Virus record (IMG/VR): IMGVR_UViG_3300031344_000002
Coordinates: 1 to 64,000 of that record
Length of the DNA stretch: 64,000 bases
Reading direction: 5' to 3' (one strand)
The notes under the pieces were generated by a model. The model saw nothing but the letters and a program-made list of their open reading frames with translations, was not told the origin of the DNA and did no database searches. The translations under genes were made by a program, and so were the position numbers. Of the stretch, positions 19,055 to 28,236 are shown in pieces; positions within the stretch are counted from its first letter, which is position 1; every line of letters starts with the position of its first letter.

Positions 19055-19840
19055 TTACACTGCTAATTCAGCAATTCTATTATCTATTAAATTTTTAACA
19101 TAATATGACCTATCTTTAGTTTCAATAATTTCATAGTTATCATTATTATGTGAAAACCAAACTATATATGATTTTCCAAGTTTAATGCCAGTAATTTTTT
19201 CAATAATATATTTATACATTCCTAATTGTAATGAATATGTTTCTAAATCACAATCTTCTAATACACAAAGTTTATCAAGTAAATGTTTACTTTTATTTTC
19301 TTTACTAAATTTCTTATTTGTTTTATAATCCCAAATTTGAAATTCTTTTATTTTGATATTATAAAATAAAATATCAAGCATTCCACCAATCAATGATTCT
19401 TTATCATATACAACCATTTCTGTACGAATTGGTATTAATTTATTATGCACATCATTATAAAATCTATCAACATGTTTTTTTGTTGTAAGATATTCATTTA
19501 GTACAGGGTCAAAACCAAATTCATTTAAAATTAATTGTTTTGGATATTCAAATATTTTATTTTGAAATAAATTTTCGGCATAATCATGAATTGCCGAACC
19601 TTTAATAGTGCCTTTTTTATTTATAAAATTCCATGCCCTTTTAATTATTCTAGGACTTATATTGAGTTCATTACTTTTATAATCAGACCAAAATTCTTCA
19701 TCAAAATCTTCTTGATATTTATGAATTAAAGTAGTTACAGATATTAACTCCTTATTATTAATATAATATTTATGTGGTTCGTCATAAAATGTAATATCAT
19801 TAAATGATGTAAATAATTTATTGGGTATTTGAATATTCAT
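19055..19840 (-). CDS. PD-(D/E)XK exonuclease
   Basis: SVTTLI, KGTIKGSAIHDYAE, E..V......GGMLD......IWDYKT, YSLQL..Y motifs. Confidence 0.85.
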   Translation of the reverse strand: MNIQIPNKLFTSFNDITFYDEPHKYYINNKELISVTTLIHKYQEDFDEEFWSDYKSNELNISPRIIKRAWNFINKKGTIKGSAIHDYAENLFQNKIFEYPKQLILNEFGFDPVLNEYLTTKKHVDRFYNDVHNKLIPIRTEMVVYDKESLIGGMLDILFYNIKIKEFQIWDYKTNKKFSKENKSKHLLDKLCVLEDCDLETYSLQLGMYKYIIEKITGIKLGKSYIVWFSHNNDNYEIIETKDRSYYVKNLIDNRIAELAV

Positions 19841-19862
19841 AGATTACAAAACTACAAATTAA

Positions 19863-20777
19863 TTAATTAATTACAATGTTTTTTTGTAAAATTTGGTCTA
19901 ATTGTAATTGTTCCAATTTATTAATGATTGCTGTTTTATCAGCAGGAAGTACTGAATATCCATGAATATGATTAATTATTGCATCTCTAAAAACATTTAA
20001 TGCTTCGACAATAATATCTCCTCTTCCAAGAGGATGTCCTTCATTAAATATTTTTGTTCTATCATCAGCAGTTAATCTTGCTGCTTTAAATTGTGGATTT
20101 CCTGTATGTGAAATTAGTGCAATTTTATCACTTGTTATTATTGTATTACTATAATAACAAGTTGACGTATTGTTTATAGTAGTTGTATTATTTTTTATTG
20201 GTTCAAATACCATACTAATTTCTGCAGGATTTTTGGTATTAAGTTTTAATATATTATCATTTTCATGTTTACCTGCTCTAATATGTACTTCATTTATCCT
20301 TAATATTACATCTGTATTAATTCTACCAATAATTGCAATATCTGTTTTTATTGGAAATACTCCATCTGCATCAGGATATGTTGATACTGCTTTTTCTGGA
20401 TTAACTAATGCATAATTTGTTGTAGATGTCGCAGTAAATTTTGAATCAAATCCTATTTTCTGTGATTGTGATATAACACTACCTGTCCAAAATCGACTCC
20501 TCATGGGTAATTTTATATCTTCGATAAGAACTCTAACCATTTCACCAACTTGAGGATATTGATAAATAAATCTCGGTATTAATGGATAACACCAAGGTAA
20601 ATCGTTAATATCTGATGTTCGATTATCTAAATCAGGTATTTTTACTTTAATTCTACCACCATCGGTATCATCATCAATACTCATAACCTCACCATAATAT
20701 ATAGTCCTTTGCAGAGTAATTGTGGCTGACTGTTGTTTGTTAGGATTACTTGTTTGTATGTAAGGTTTATCAAACAT
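19863..20777 (-). CDS. Baseplate hub/spike protein (gp5/VgrG OB-fold-like)
   Basis: GEV.SIDD....GRIKV.IPDLD...W..P......PQVGE.V.V pattern; C-terminal H.HG. Confidence 0.75.
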   Translation of the reverse strand: MFDKPYIQTSNPNKQQSATITLQRTIYYGEVMSIDDDTDGGRIKVKIPDLDNRTSDINDLPWCYPLIPRFIYQYPQVGEMVRVLIEDIKLPMRSRFWTGSVISQSQKIGFDSKFTATSTTNYALVNPEKAVSTYPDADGVFPIKTDIAIIGRINTDVILRINEVHIRAGKHENDNILKLNTKNPAEISMVFEPIKNNTTTINNTSTCYYSNTIITSDKIALISHTGNPQFKAARLTADDRTKIFNEGHPLGRGDIIVEALNVFRDAIINHIHGYSVLPADKTAIINKLEQLQLDQILQKNIVIN

Positions 20778-20781
20778 TCAT

Positions 20782-20985
20782 TTATATAGTTATTATTTCA
20801 ATAATTGCAACATAATTTTTTTCAAGTTCATCTAATAATACAAGTTTTTTATTGATTAATTTTTCAAGTTCGTCTGCTTGAAAACTATATTCAATAATTT
20901 CTTGCTTTAAAGCATCGTGTTTTGCTTTAATATCGTTACCCATTTTAAGCAATTCAATTGGTGTATATTTAGTATAATCTTCCAT
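20782..20985 (-). CDS. Hypothetical coiled-coil protein
   Basis: Tightly packed ORF in the operon. Confidence 0.65.
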   Translation of the reverse strand: MEDYTKYTPIELLKMGNDIKAKHDALKQEIIEYSFQADELEKLINKKLVLLDELEKNYVAIIEIITI

Positions 20986-20988
20986 AAT

Positions 20989-21396
20989 TTATTGTATTAC
21001 TCCAAATGCAGATGCTATAATTATTGTTGAACCGAATACTGAAACCGGTCCTGATGGTGAAACACCTGAACCAGTAATTGTTATTCCCGGTGGAATTGCC
21101 ACTGTAATAACTGCATCCTGTTGAAATGCTTTAATTATTTCTTCAATTCGAATCCTTTCCATAATTTCATCAGGATTAACTCCACCAGAAGGTAAAACAC
21201 CAACAGGTAATCCTGCTTCACTTTTTCTGGCAATAATACGTGATGCAATTTTAGTTGGAGATAAACCCGGACGTAATGGAACACCAATTAATATCATTGG
21301 TGTTGGAATTGATGGCGGTCCTCCAAGAGATGAAAGACTTAATACTTTATTAAATCCCCCAATAATAGAATCAATACTACTGTAATCAATTGCCAT
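20989..21396 (-). CDS. Putative virion (baseplate-associated) protein
   Basis: G/P/I/V-rich beta composition next to the gp5-like gene. Confidence 0.55.
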   Translation of the reverse strand: MAIDYSSIDSIIGGFNKVLSLSSLGGPPSIPTPMILIGVPLRPGLSPTKIASRIIARKSEAGLPVGVLPSGGVNPDEIMERIRIEEIIKAFQQDAVITVAIPPGITITGSGVSPSGPVSVFGSTIIIASAFGVIQ

Positions 21397-21414
21397 ATTA
21401 TTTATTTTTTATAT

Positions 21415-22740
21415 TTATCCTGTTAAACTTGATGCAATATTACTCGAACCAGTTAAACTTGAAATTATATCGATATATTGGTTTATTTTTTCCTTAACTA
21501 CTTTTTTTATTACAGGTGTTAATAATTTTATTAGATATAAAATTGCTAATGCAAAAATAAATTCTGCAACTATTTTCATTATTTGTGTTGCCATACATTT
21601 AATACATGTTTTAAATTTTTTCATATCCTCATTTGGATTAGTAATTAATACTGCCCCATTATTTTCAAAAGCACCCATTATTCCCAATAACACTCTAATT
21701 TGTGGTGCAGTGGTTACTGCTAACAACATTGCCATCGTAATTGCACCAATTATTTTTTGAAAAAATCCATCTTTAATTGTTTGTTTATTTTCTGCAGATG
21801 TTGCAGTATTATTACTTTGGTCGATTGTTGCTTCCACTGCGTTACCAACTGCAAATGGGTCTGTTGACCCTGATATTGATGAAACTAAATTTTTAAAATC
21901 GTTATATGATAATTGTGCTGGTATAACGCCACAACCCATATCATAATTAGTAACACCGTCAACCATTTCACGTGCTTTTTGAAGTAAATTAGCATAATCA
22001 CTTGGTGAAATTGTGAACGAATCATCATCATTTAATAATTGTTCCAACATTTTTTGAATTTGTAATTCATCATATGTTTGTTGTATTGTTTTATTTCGTT
22101 TATTTGTAAGCGTACCATAAATACTATCCATAGTATTGCTTACAATTTCTTTTTGGTCAAGTATTTGTGCATTATCAATATAATTACTAAAATAATCACC
22201 AATATTTGAACCATTACTATTATGTGGTTTAATATTAAAACTATCTGATGTAGAATTATAATTAATTATCATATTATTATATGGAGTATCTGTACCAGAA
22301 TTTAAAATAGCATCATGTGCAGAACTGTCAAAATTTGGTGTGGAAGTATTATATAATAAACTACCTTCACTTGAGCTTTTATCGACTTTATATTTACCAG
22401 TAGTATCAACATTTTTTACTGGCATTGTAATACCATTTGATGAATATGATGTAGGTAATGCTTCATTCGAATTTGAATGAATAAACTGTTTTTTTAATGA
22501 TGTTTTTAATGTTGGTTCGGAATTATTAACAACTTTTGTAAGCATTTGTCCCACAACTAATTTTAATGCTTCACTTCCAGCAACAGTTTTTAATACATCA
22601 AGTAAAAACGGAACGCTATCCTTTTTGTTATTAACAGAAGGATATGAATCAGTTGATTTTGGTGGGGTTTGTTGTTGATTTAACGAAGTATATGCACCAA
22701 TAGTAGTAAAAACACCTCTTTTATTGTCAGCTAAACTCAT
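21415..22740 (-). CDS. Putative virion structural protein
   Basis: 441-aa ORF in the structural operon, hydrophobic C-terminus. Confidence 0.6.
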   Translation of the reverse strand: MSLADNKRGVFTTIGAYTSLNQQQTPPKSTDSYPSVNNKKDSVPFLLDVLKTVAGSEALKLVVGQMLTKVVNNSEPTLKTSLKKQFIHSNSNEALPTSYSSNGITMPVKNVDTTGKYKVDKSSSEGSLLYNTSTPNFDSSAHDAILNSGTDTPYNNMIINYNSTSDSFNIKPHNSNGSNIGDYFSNYIDNAQILDQKEIVSNTMDSIYGTLTNKRNKTIQQTYDELQIQKMLEQLLNDDDSFTISPSDYANLLQKAREMVDGVTNYDMGCGVIPAQLSYNDFKNLVSSISGSTDPFAVGNAVEATIDQSNNTATSAENKQTIKDGFFQKIIGAITMAMLLAVTTAPQIRVLLGIMGAFENNGAVLITNPNEDMKKFKTCIKCMATQIMKIVAEFIFALAILYLIKLLTPVIKKVVKEKINQYIDIISSLTGSSNIASSLTG

Positions 22741-22746
22741 AATAAA

Positions 22747-23136
22747 TTATATATTGTTATTTTTTTCTTTTTTCTCAACTTCATCTGCAACGAATTTAAG
22801 TAATTCATTTCTTCTGTCAGTTGTTACTTCACCCTTTTCTTCTTCTCTACCACTTTTATTATTATTAAATTCACCAACCTTATTATCAAAAACAACTTCT
22901 TTTAGATAACGAAGTAGCATGATTTTTTGGTCTTGAATTTTTGATTCAGCTAAAATTAATTTTACAATTTGGTCACCAATTATTTGAATTTCACCGCTTT
23001 CTTTTACTTTAGTTTCCCATTTAGTAAAAAGTCTGGTGATTTTTGCCTTAGTGTTGTGGCTATCGTTGTAGCATTCTTGAAGTAGTTTATTTACACTTTC
23101 TTCATCAAATTTTAATTGTTTACGGGTTGGTCTCAT
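22747..23136 (-). CDS. Hypothetical protein
   Basis: First gene of the minus-strand operon; preceded by duplicated late-like motifs. Confidence 0.7.
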   Translation of the reverse strand: MRPTRKQLKFDEESVNKLLQECYNDSHNTKAKITRLFTKWETKVKESGEIQIIGDQIVKLILAESKIQDQKIMLLRYLKEVVFDNKVGEFNNNKSGREEEKGEVTTDRRNELLKFVADEVEKKEKNNNI

Positions 23137-23157
23137 ATGCTTTTATTGTTATTGTAC

Positions 23158-23195
23158 ATATAAATAGTTATTATTTATATAAATAGTTATTATTT
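23158..23195. repeat. Exact 19-bp tandem duplication
   Basis: ATATAAATAGTTATTATTT twice; each copy contains a minus-strand ACTATTTAT variant of the late motif. Confidence 0.85.
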
Positions 23196-23356
23196 ATAAA
23201 ATTGAACTATCATTTTTATAAAGAGTGCCGTAAAACCCATCGGTCTTTAGCCGATGGGATGTAAGGCACAAATTAGAATTATTTTTAAAAATATATTTCA
23301 TTATTATTTATATTAACTATTTTATTAAAATAAAATGAAAATAAATTTCAAAAAAC

Positions 23357-23387
23357 TTTGCGGATTGTAAAAATAAGTGTATCTTTA
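23357..23387 (+). promoter_or_regulatory. Bacteroidota-type promoter inside the element
   Basis: TTTG (23357-23360), 19 nt, then TATCTTTA (23380-23387): one mismatch to TAnnTTTG. Confidence 0.55.
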
Positions 23388-23393
23388 CAAAAT

Positions 23394-23537
23394 GATATGT
23401 TGTGTGTCAGGGACTGATTCGCAACTAAAACAAAAAACGGAGTAAGGCGTTACCATTAGGTGAGTCTATGACCTCCGAAGCCAATCCCATCGCCTTTGGC
23501 GTGGGTGGGTAGTTCACCTTTGTCGAAGTTCTTTGAA
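23394..23537 (+). ncRNA. Putative TnpB omegaRNA (reRNA)-like scaffold plus guide
   Basis: Translates, with one frameshift, to VSGTDSQLKQK/RSKALPLGESMTSEANPIAFGVGG*, a TnpB C-terminal tail pattern as recalled. Scaffold ends GGGTAGTTCAC at 23517; ends of the RNA are estimated. Confidence 0.6.
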
Positions 23538-23754
23538 GTATTGTTGGTTGGTGATTAATTGCTTTCACCATAAAACTTAAAGCAAAACGTAACACTGAAC
23601 AGTTACAAAGTAACTTTAAATAGTTACACAAATCAATTAATTTGATTTTAAAATTTAACATCGTTTGGGACAAACGATTACGGGCATCGAGCAAAAATAA
23701 GACTTCTAACTCCTTGGAGCAGTAAGCATAAGCGTTGAAATGTCTAAAATTCAT
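23425..23754 (-). CDS. Possible small cargo ORF reading into the internal right end
   Basis: AAATTATG start context like other genes here; last about 30 codons are the antisense of the IS end. Confidence 0.3.
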   Translation of the reverse strand: MNFRHFNAYAYCSKELEVLFLLDARNRLSQTMLNFKIKLIDLCNYLKLLCNCSVLRFALSFMVKAINHQPTILQRTSTKVNYPPTPKAMGLASEVIDSPNGNALLRFLF

Positions 23755-23816
23755 AATTTAATGTTTAAATTAAATGTTATTTTATGAAGCCCACAAGTCT
23801 TTAGCTTGTGGGTAGT

Positions 23817-24098
23817 TCACAACCATTCTATTTTATTGCTGGTTACAAAATAATGGGCATGATATGGTTTTTCTCCACTCCAATTACCAATTGAGGGTCT
23901 TAAAGTAATTTTATTATCATTTTTTGTTAATATCCATTCATTAATACCTAAAGGGGTGACCGATTTTTCACCACAACCACATGCGCATAAATGAATCGCA
24001 ATTTTAAATTTTTCAGAAATATAAATTATTCCATTTTTTAAATCTTCCGGAATTTCATCATAATATTCTGGTTTTATTTCAAATATTTTAATCATCAA
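23817..24098 (-). CDS. DUF6527-like Cys/His metal-binding protein
   Basis: G..YIS......AIHLCACGCG....TPL....W......TLRPSIGNW.....HAHYFV...IEW pattern; stop codon supplied by the IS right end. Confidence 0.75.
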   Translation of the reverse strand: MMIKIFEIKPEYYDEIPEDLKNGIIYISEKFKIAIHLCACGCGEKSVTPLGINEWILTKNDNKITLRPSIGNWSGEKPYHAHYFVTSNKIEWL

Positions 24099-24969
24099 AG
24101 AAATCAGTTTTTTCTAAAAAATATATTTCTTTAAATGGTTTAATACCAATTCTTATTTCTTTTGTAGATAATCCTGTTTGTTCTTTTAAATATAATAAAA
24201 TTTTATTTTTAGCAAATTTATTTGTGACTCTTTTATTATATTTTCCTTCTGGTGTATCTTCCATAAATAATACTTGCCAATTTTTTAATACATTAACTAT
24301 TGCATCGCCAACAATTTTTTCATTTTTTTTCATTATTGTATCATTATCAATTTTATCTTCAATTTTAAATATTACTGAATTTATTAATTTTTCAAGTTGA
24401 TGTTGGCTTTCTGTTTCAATTTCATAAATATATTCAGTATTTTGATTAATTTCATCAATATAATCATCAAAAGATAGATTAATTTTCTTTTCTGTATAAC
24501 TTTTTTTACCGTGGTCTTTATAATAGTTTCTAATTATTGTTTGGCAATAACTAAATGCTCTGGAATTAAATATTCTATAATTATGTTTATTATCTTCATC
24601 AATTAAAGATTTTAATTTTTCATTGGCATCTACAGCAAACCAAAACCTATAATTAACATCTAATTTAATCCATTTTTCAGAACCATTTTTATTACATTCA
24701 ATAATAAATGGTCTATATTTAATCATATGCTCAATTAAATGTGTAAGAGCATTCGATTCAACCTCCCTCATATCATAATTACCAATATGAATGGGATATC
24801 GCCTTAATATAGATTGTATCATTTTTTTAAAAGGTTCAATAAGAATTTCATTATAAATTTTATTTTTTTCTTCTAAAGAATTTGAATTTATATAATCTAT
24901 AACTGCTTGTTCTTCTCTTTCCGCAAAATACGGTACGCTAACTTCGAATTCGTTTTCATTTTCTTTCAT
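24088..24969 (-). CDS. Phage sigma factor (T4 gp55-like late sigma)
   Basis: YF..REEQAVIDY...IYNEIL..PF.KMI.SI.RRY...AFSYCQTIIRNYY region-2 pattern. Confidence 0.7.
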   Translation of the reverse strand: MKENENEFEVSVPYFAEREEQAVIDYINSNSLEEKNKIYNEILIEPFKKMIQSILRRYPIHIGNYDMREVESNALTHLIEHMIKYRPFIIECNKNGSEKWIKLDVNYRFWFAVDANEKLKSLIDEDNKHNYRIFNSRAFSYCQTIIRNYYKDHGKKSYTEKKINLSFDDYIDEINQNTEYIYEIETESQHQLEKLINSVIFKIEDKIDNDTIMKKNEKIVGDAIVNVLKNWQVLFMEDTPEGKYNKRVTNKFAKNKILLYLKEQTGLSTKEIRIGIKPFKEIYFLEKTDFFDD

Positions 24970-24998
24970 TTATCATAGAATCATAATAATCAAATTAT

Positions 24999-25823
24999 TT
25001 ACTCAACAATTAATTTTTGAAGTCTTGATATATCAATTGTTCTATCATTAGAAAAATTAGATTCTTTAGCTGCGGTCTCGAACCAAAATTTTCTTTCATC
25101 AATTGACATATTTTTTAAATAATTGTCGAACATACTACCTTCACGTGTTGCTAAATGTTTATAACCAATTTTTGGAATTGAGAATATTTTACTTGCATTA
25201 TTTAATGCCCTGAGTAAATATTCAAACATAAAAGCTAGTTTAATATTTGATTTATATTTACCAAGATTAACAAAATCAGATTTTTTAATTACTGCACCAC
25301 TTAATTTAAAATCGGAATATTGTTTTAATGAATTAGCATTTAAATAACCCATTTCACCATTTTCACCAACAAATTGTTGTGCCCAAACAGTTTCGTTTGT
25401 TAATTTAATACCTTCATTTTTTTCATTAACTTCAATCATCATAGTTAGAAATACATCAATTTCTGGATATGTTTGAATATATTTTTCTACATTTCTAAAA
25501 AAAGTTGTACCATATTCATCATCAAATTCAAGTACTGAAAAATAATCAGTAGTTACTGAATCAACAGCAAGATTAATTTGAGATTGATAATCGGTTTTTC
25601 CTTGATTTTGTATTAAATTAAATTTAACTTTATCTTGATATTTATGAAGCATAGAATCTTTAAATGAAATGATTTCATTATCAAGATTTGATGGATACAC
25701 TATAAGTACTTCAGGTAATTCAGTTATATTTTCCTGTTTATTAATAGATTCAATTGCTTTATCTAAAAGATTTGAAATCTGGTCGTTAAATTCATGTATT
25801 GGAATTATTATCGATATATTCAT
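24999..25823 (-). CDS. Glycosyltransferase family 2-like
   Basis: ISIIIPIH N-terminus; DYFSVLEFDDEY (DxD-like). Confidence 0.8.
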   Translation of the reverse strand: MNISIIIPIHEFNDQISNLLDKAIESINKQENITELPEVLIVYPSNLDNEIISFKDSMLHKYQDKVKFNLIQNQGKTDYQSQINLAVDSVTTDYFSVLEFDDEYGTTFFRNVEKYIQTYPEIDVFLTMMIEVNEKNEGIKLTNETVWAQQFVGENGEMGYLNANSLKQYSDFKLSGAVIKKSDFVNLGKYKSNIKLAFMFEYLLRALNNASKIFSIPKIGYKHLATREGSMFDNYLKNMSIDERKFWFETAAKESNFSNDRTIDISRLQKLIVE

Positions 25824-25855
25824 GTTTATTTTTTATTTAAATTTTATAATTATTT

Positions 25856-27022
25856 TTATAATACAGCAGGTGGTTCTATTGTATTAACCTCTTCTACTGG
25901 TTGTATTGCATTTTGAAATAAATTAATCCTTTGTGTTATATAATTAGAATAAATTTCAATTAATTGTTTTTCGCTATCATTTTGATTATATTTTGATGCA
26001 ATTTTTTCCATTATATCATATAATTCAGGACTAATATTATCATCTAAAAACTTAATTAATACATCACCAGCCAATACAGGAAGGTCATAATAGTTATCAG
26101 TCCATACACCAGCACCTTCAACTGCTATAATTGGTGTGCCTTTTTCGTCTCTTTCAATCATATATTCAGGCATAATATCTGGTTTTAAACAAATTGGAAT
26201 TGTACCAGATTTCATACATTCAAGAGGAAATGTACCAAAACTTGCAATTCTATCAATCCAAACCGCAGCAAAATTTCCTTGCAATCTTTTAGCAAAATCA
26301 ACCCTACGCATTGGTTGTGGGGGTTTACTTTTTGTAACCATTGGGTCAAAGGTCACCCAACTATATTGTGGATATTTACTAAAAAATAATTTTACGAATT
26401 TTGAAATTTCATTTGTATTTCTACCTATTACTGAAATTATTGGTTTTTGTGGAATACTTGACCTTTCAAAATATTCGGGAATTCCAATATTATAAGTTTT
26501 AATGTTAAATTTTTTACCATAAAATACATCAACCCATTCTTTAAGTGTTACTGAAGTGGTAATTATATCATTTATACCAAATGAAGACCAATCAGTACCC
26601 GGAATTAATGAATTAATCATATAATCAACCGATTGTAATAAACCTATTCTCACACAAGGTAGATTTTTAGTTTGTTCCATTACATTTGAAAACACTTCAG
26701 GAATTATCATAATATCTTCAGGACCTACTGTTAATTTAGGGTCTGACATTGGTATGTGTTTATGATTTGTAAGTTCTTTTTCAATCCAAACAGGAATAAC
26801 ATAGTCACCCTTTTCTACCATGATTATAACTTCATATCCCATATTTTTTACCACTGTGGCATGAAAATAAAGTTCATATACACTTGCAACAGGATTTATA
26901 GATTCTGGCATACAAAATAAAAATTTTGATTTTTTATTTACGATTCTATCTAACGATACTTTAATTTTTTCTATTTTTTCTAATTCAGCAACTTGTGCTG
27001 TATTTTTCAATTCTTCACCCAT
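25856..27022 (-). CDS. GT-B fold glycosyltransferase-like protein
   Basis: IIPEVF, C-terminal E.FGTFPLECMKSGTIPI-like motif typical of GT4-type enzymes. Confidence 0.65.
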   Translation of the reverse strand: MGEELKNTAQVAELEKIEKIKVSLDRIVNKKSKFLFCMPESINPVASVYELYFHATVVKNMGYEVIIMVEKGDYVIPVWIEKELTNHKHIPMSDPKLTVGPEDIMIIPEVFSNVMEQTKNLPCVRIGLLQSVDYMINSLIPGTDWSSFGINDIITTSVTLKEWVDVFYGKKFNIKTYNIGIPEYFERSSIPQKPIISVIGRNTNEISKFVKLFFSKYPQYSWVTFDPMVTKSKPPQPMRRVDFAKRLQGNFAAVWIDRIASFGTFPLECMKSGTIPICLKPDIMPEYMIERDEKGTPIIAVEGAGVWTDNYYDLPVLAGDVLIKFLDDNISPELYDIMEKIASKYNQNDSEKQLIEIYSNYITQRINLFQNAIQPVEEVNTIEPPAVL

Positions 27023-27023
27023 T

Positions 27024-27764
27024 TTATTTATTTTTATATTTTATTATTTTTTCGAAATATTTATTATCTATTAAATCTGCAATTTGTAATACTTCTAAAG
27101 AACCACCATAAATATTTTCATTATATGGTCTTTTTAATTTAATTATTTTTTTTCCCCAAGGTGAACCATTTTTTAAAATTTCAGGGTCTGTGGTGATTAG
27201 TACATCAATGTCTTTCCACATATCAATTGCTTTATCAACAAATTTATAATTTGTAAATCTGCATGATATTTTACTTAAGAAAAAAAGTGTTGGAGGGATA
27301 CTAAATCTGTTTTCAACATTCATTATAGTAAAGTTTGCCGAATCTGCATATTTTAATAAAAAATTATTAACATGTAAATCCATACCTTTATACATCATTG
27401 ATGCTGCACCATGTATTTCAAATAAATAATCTTCATACATAAAACGATTATATACTTCACGTGCAGTTTTTTTTATTTTTTCTTCTTTTTTAAATAATAA
27501 AAAATCTGCTGGTGCTTCACCTGTTTTTTCATCCACTTGATAATCAAGTGGATTAACGTTTTCTGGGGTTTCTTCTGGTTCACGCATTTCTTTAATTATC
27601 TCTTCAGTGTCTTTCCACGGATAATATTTAAAAAAATCATAAACATATGGTTGCTTTTCAGGAATTCCTTCTTCCCCAAATTCAGAAACAAAAAATCGGT
27701 CCATTTGAAGCCATTTCGCACGCAATATTTCATCTATAACTATACCTACTCTTACTTTACTCAT
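27024..27764 (-). CDS. HAD-like / 5'(3')-nucleotidase-like protein
   Basis: VGIVIDEILR N-terminal motif; DVLITTDP..L; KLKRPYN. Confidence 0.55.
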   Translation of the reverse strand: MSKVRVGIVIDEILRAKWLQMDRFFVSEFGEEGIPEKQPYVYDFFKYYPWKDTEEIIKEMREPEETPENVNPLDYQVDEKTGEAPADFLLFKKEEKIKKTAREVYNRFMYEDYLFEIHGAASMMYKGMDLHVNNFLLKYADSANFTIMNVENRFSIPPTLFFLSKISCRFTNYKFVDKAIDMWKDIDVLITTDPEILKNGSPWGKKIIKLKRPYNENIYGGSLEVLQIADLIDNKYFEKIIKYKNK

Positions 27765-28063
27765 AATTTTTTTCTTTTTTTATTATCTTTTAATATATTT
27801 AACTGATATTTAAGATGTTCATTTAATTCTTTTATTAATTCAGTATGTTTTTGGATTAATTGTGGCTGTACTATATATAAAGGATTAATACATTCAATTC
27901 TTGTATCTACTGATTGTGTTGGAATTATTATTATTTCTCCTTGAAATGTCACTGGTATAATTTTTTTTGTAACTTTTTGGGTAAAATTTTCAATATCCTC
28001 ACTACGAATACCTGCAATACCAATATAAATAACTAATATTTTATTTTCAATTCTTTTTTCCAT
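27761..28063 (-). CDS. Hypothetical protein
   Basis: First ORF of the minus-strand operon. Confidence 0.7.
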   Translation of the reverse strand: MEKRIENKILVIYIGIAGIRSEDIENFTQKVTKKIIPVTFQGEIIIIPTQSVDTRIECINPLYIVQPQLIQKHTELIKELNEHLKYQLNILKDNKKRKKL

Positions 28064-28236
28064 ATTTAATTCATTACTTTAAAATGTATTACTTCAATTA
28101 ATATTAATTATTTTAAATAATATCAATTATATATGATAATACGAGTTTTATTAAAAAATCTTGAATCGTGACGAAAATTTTTTTCATAGTATTTATTTAC
28201 TGAAAACAATAAATAAATATAAAAATTTATAAAATC

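Larger units (their letters stand above)
23220..23820 (+). mobile_element. Non-autonomous IS200/IS605-family derivative (no tnpA, no intact tnpB)
   Basis: Left-end hairpin CCCATCGG-TCTTTAG-CCGATGGG (23236-23258). Right-end hairpin CCCACAAG-TCTTTAG-CTTGTGGG followed by TAGTTCAC (23790-23820). A second, internal right end finishes at 23517. TTTAT lies immediately 5' of the left end. Confidence 0.75.

Noticed and set aside
23394-23517. Intact tnpB or tnpA gene
   Set aside because: Only about 35 frameshifted C-terminal codons remain; no RuvC or HUH motifs nearby.
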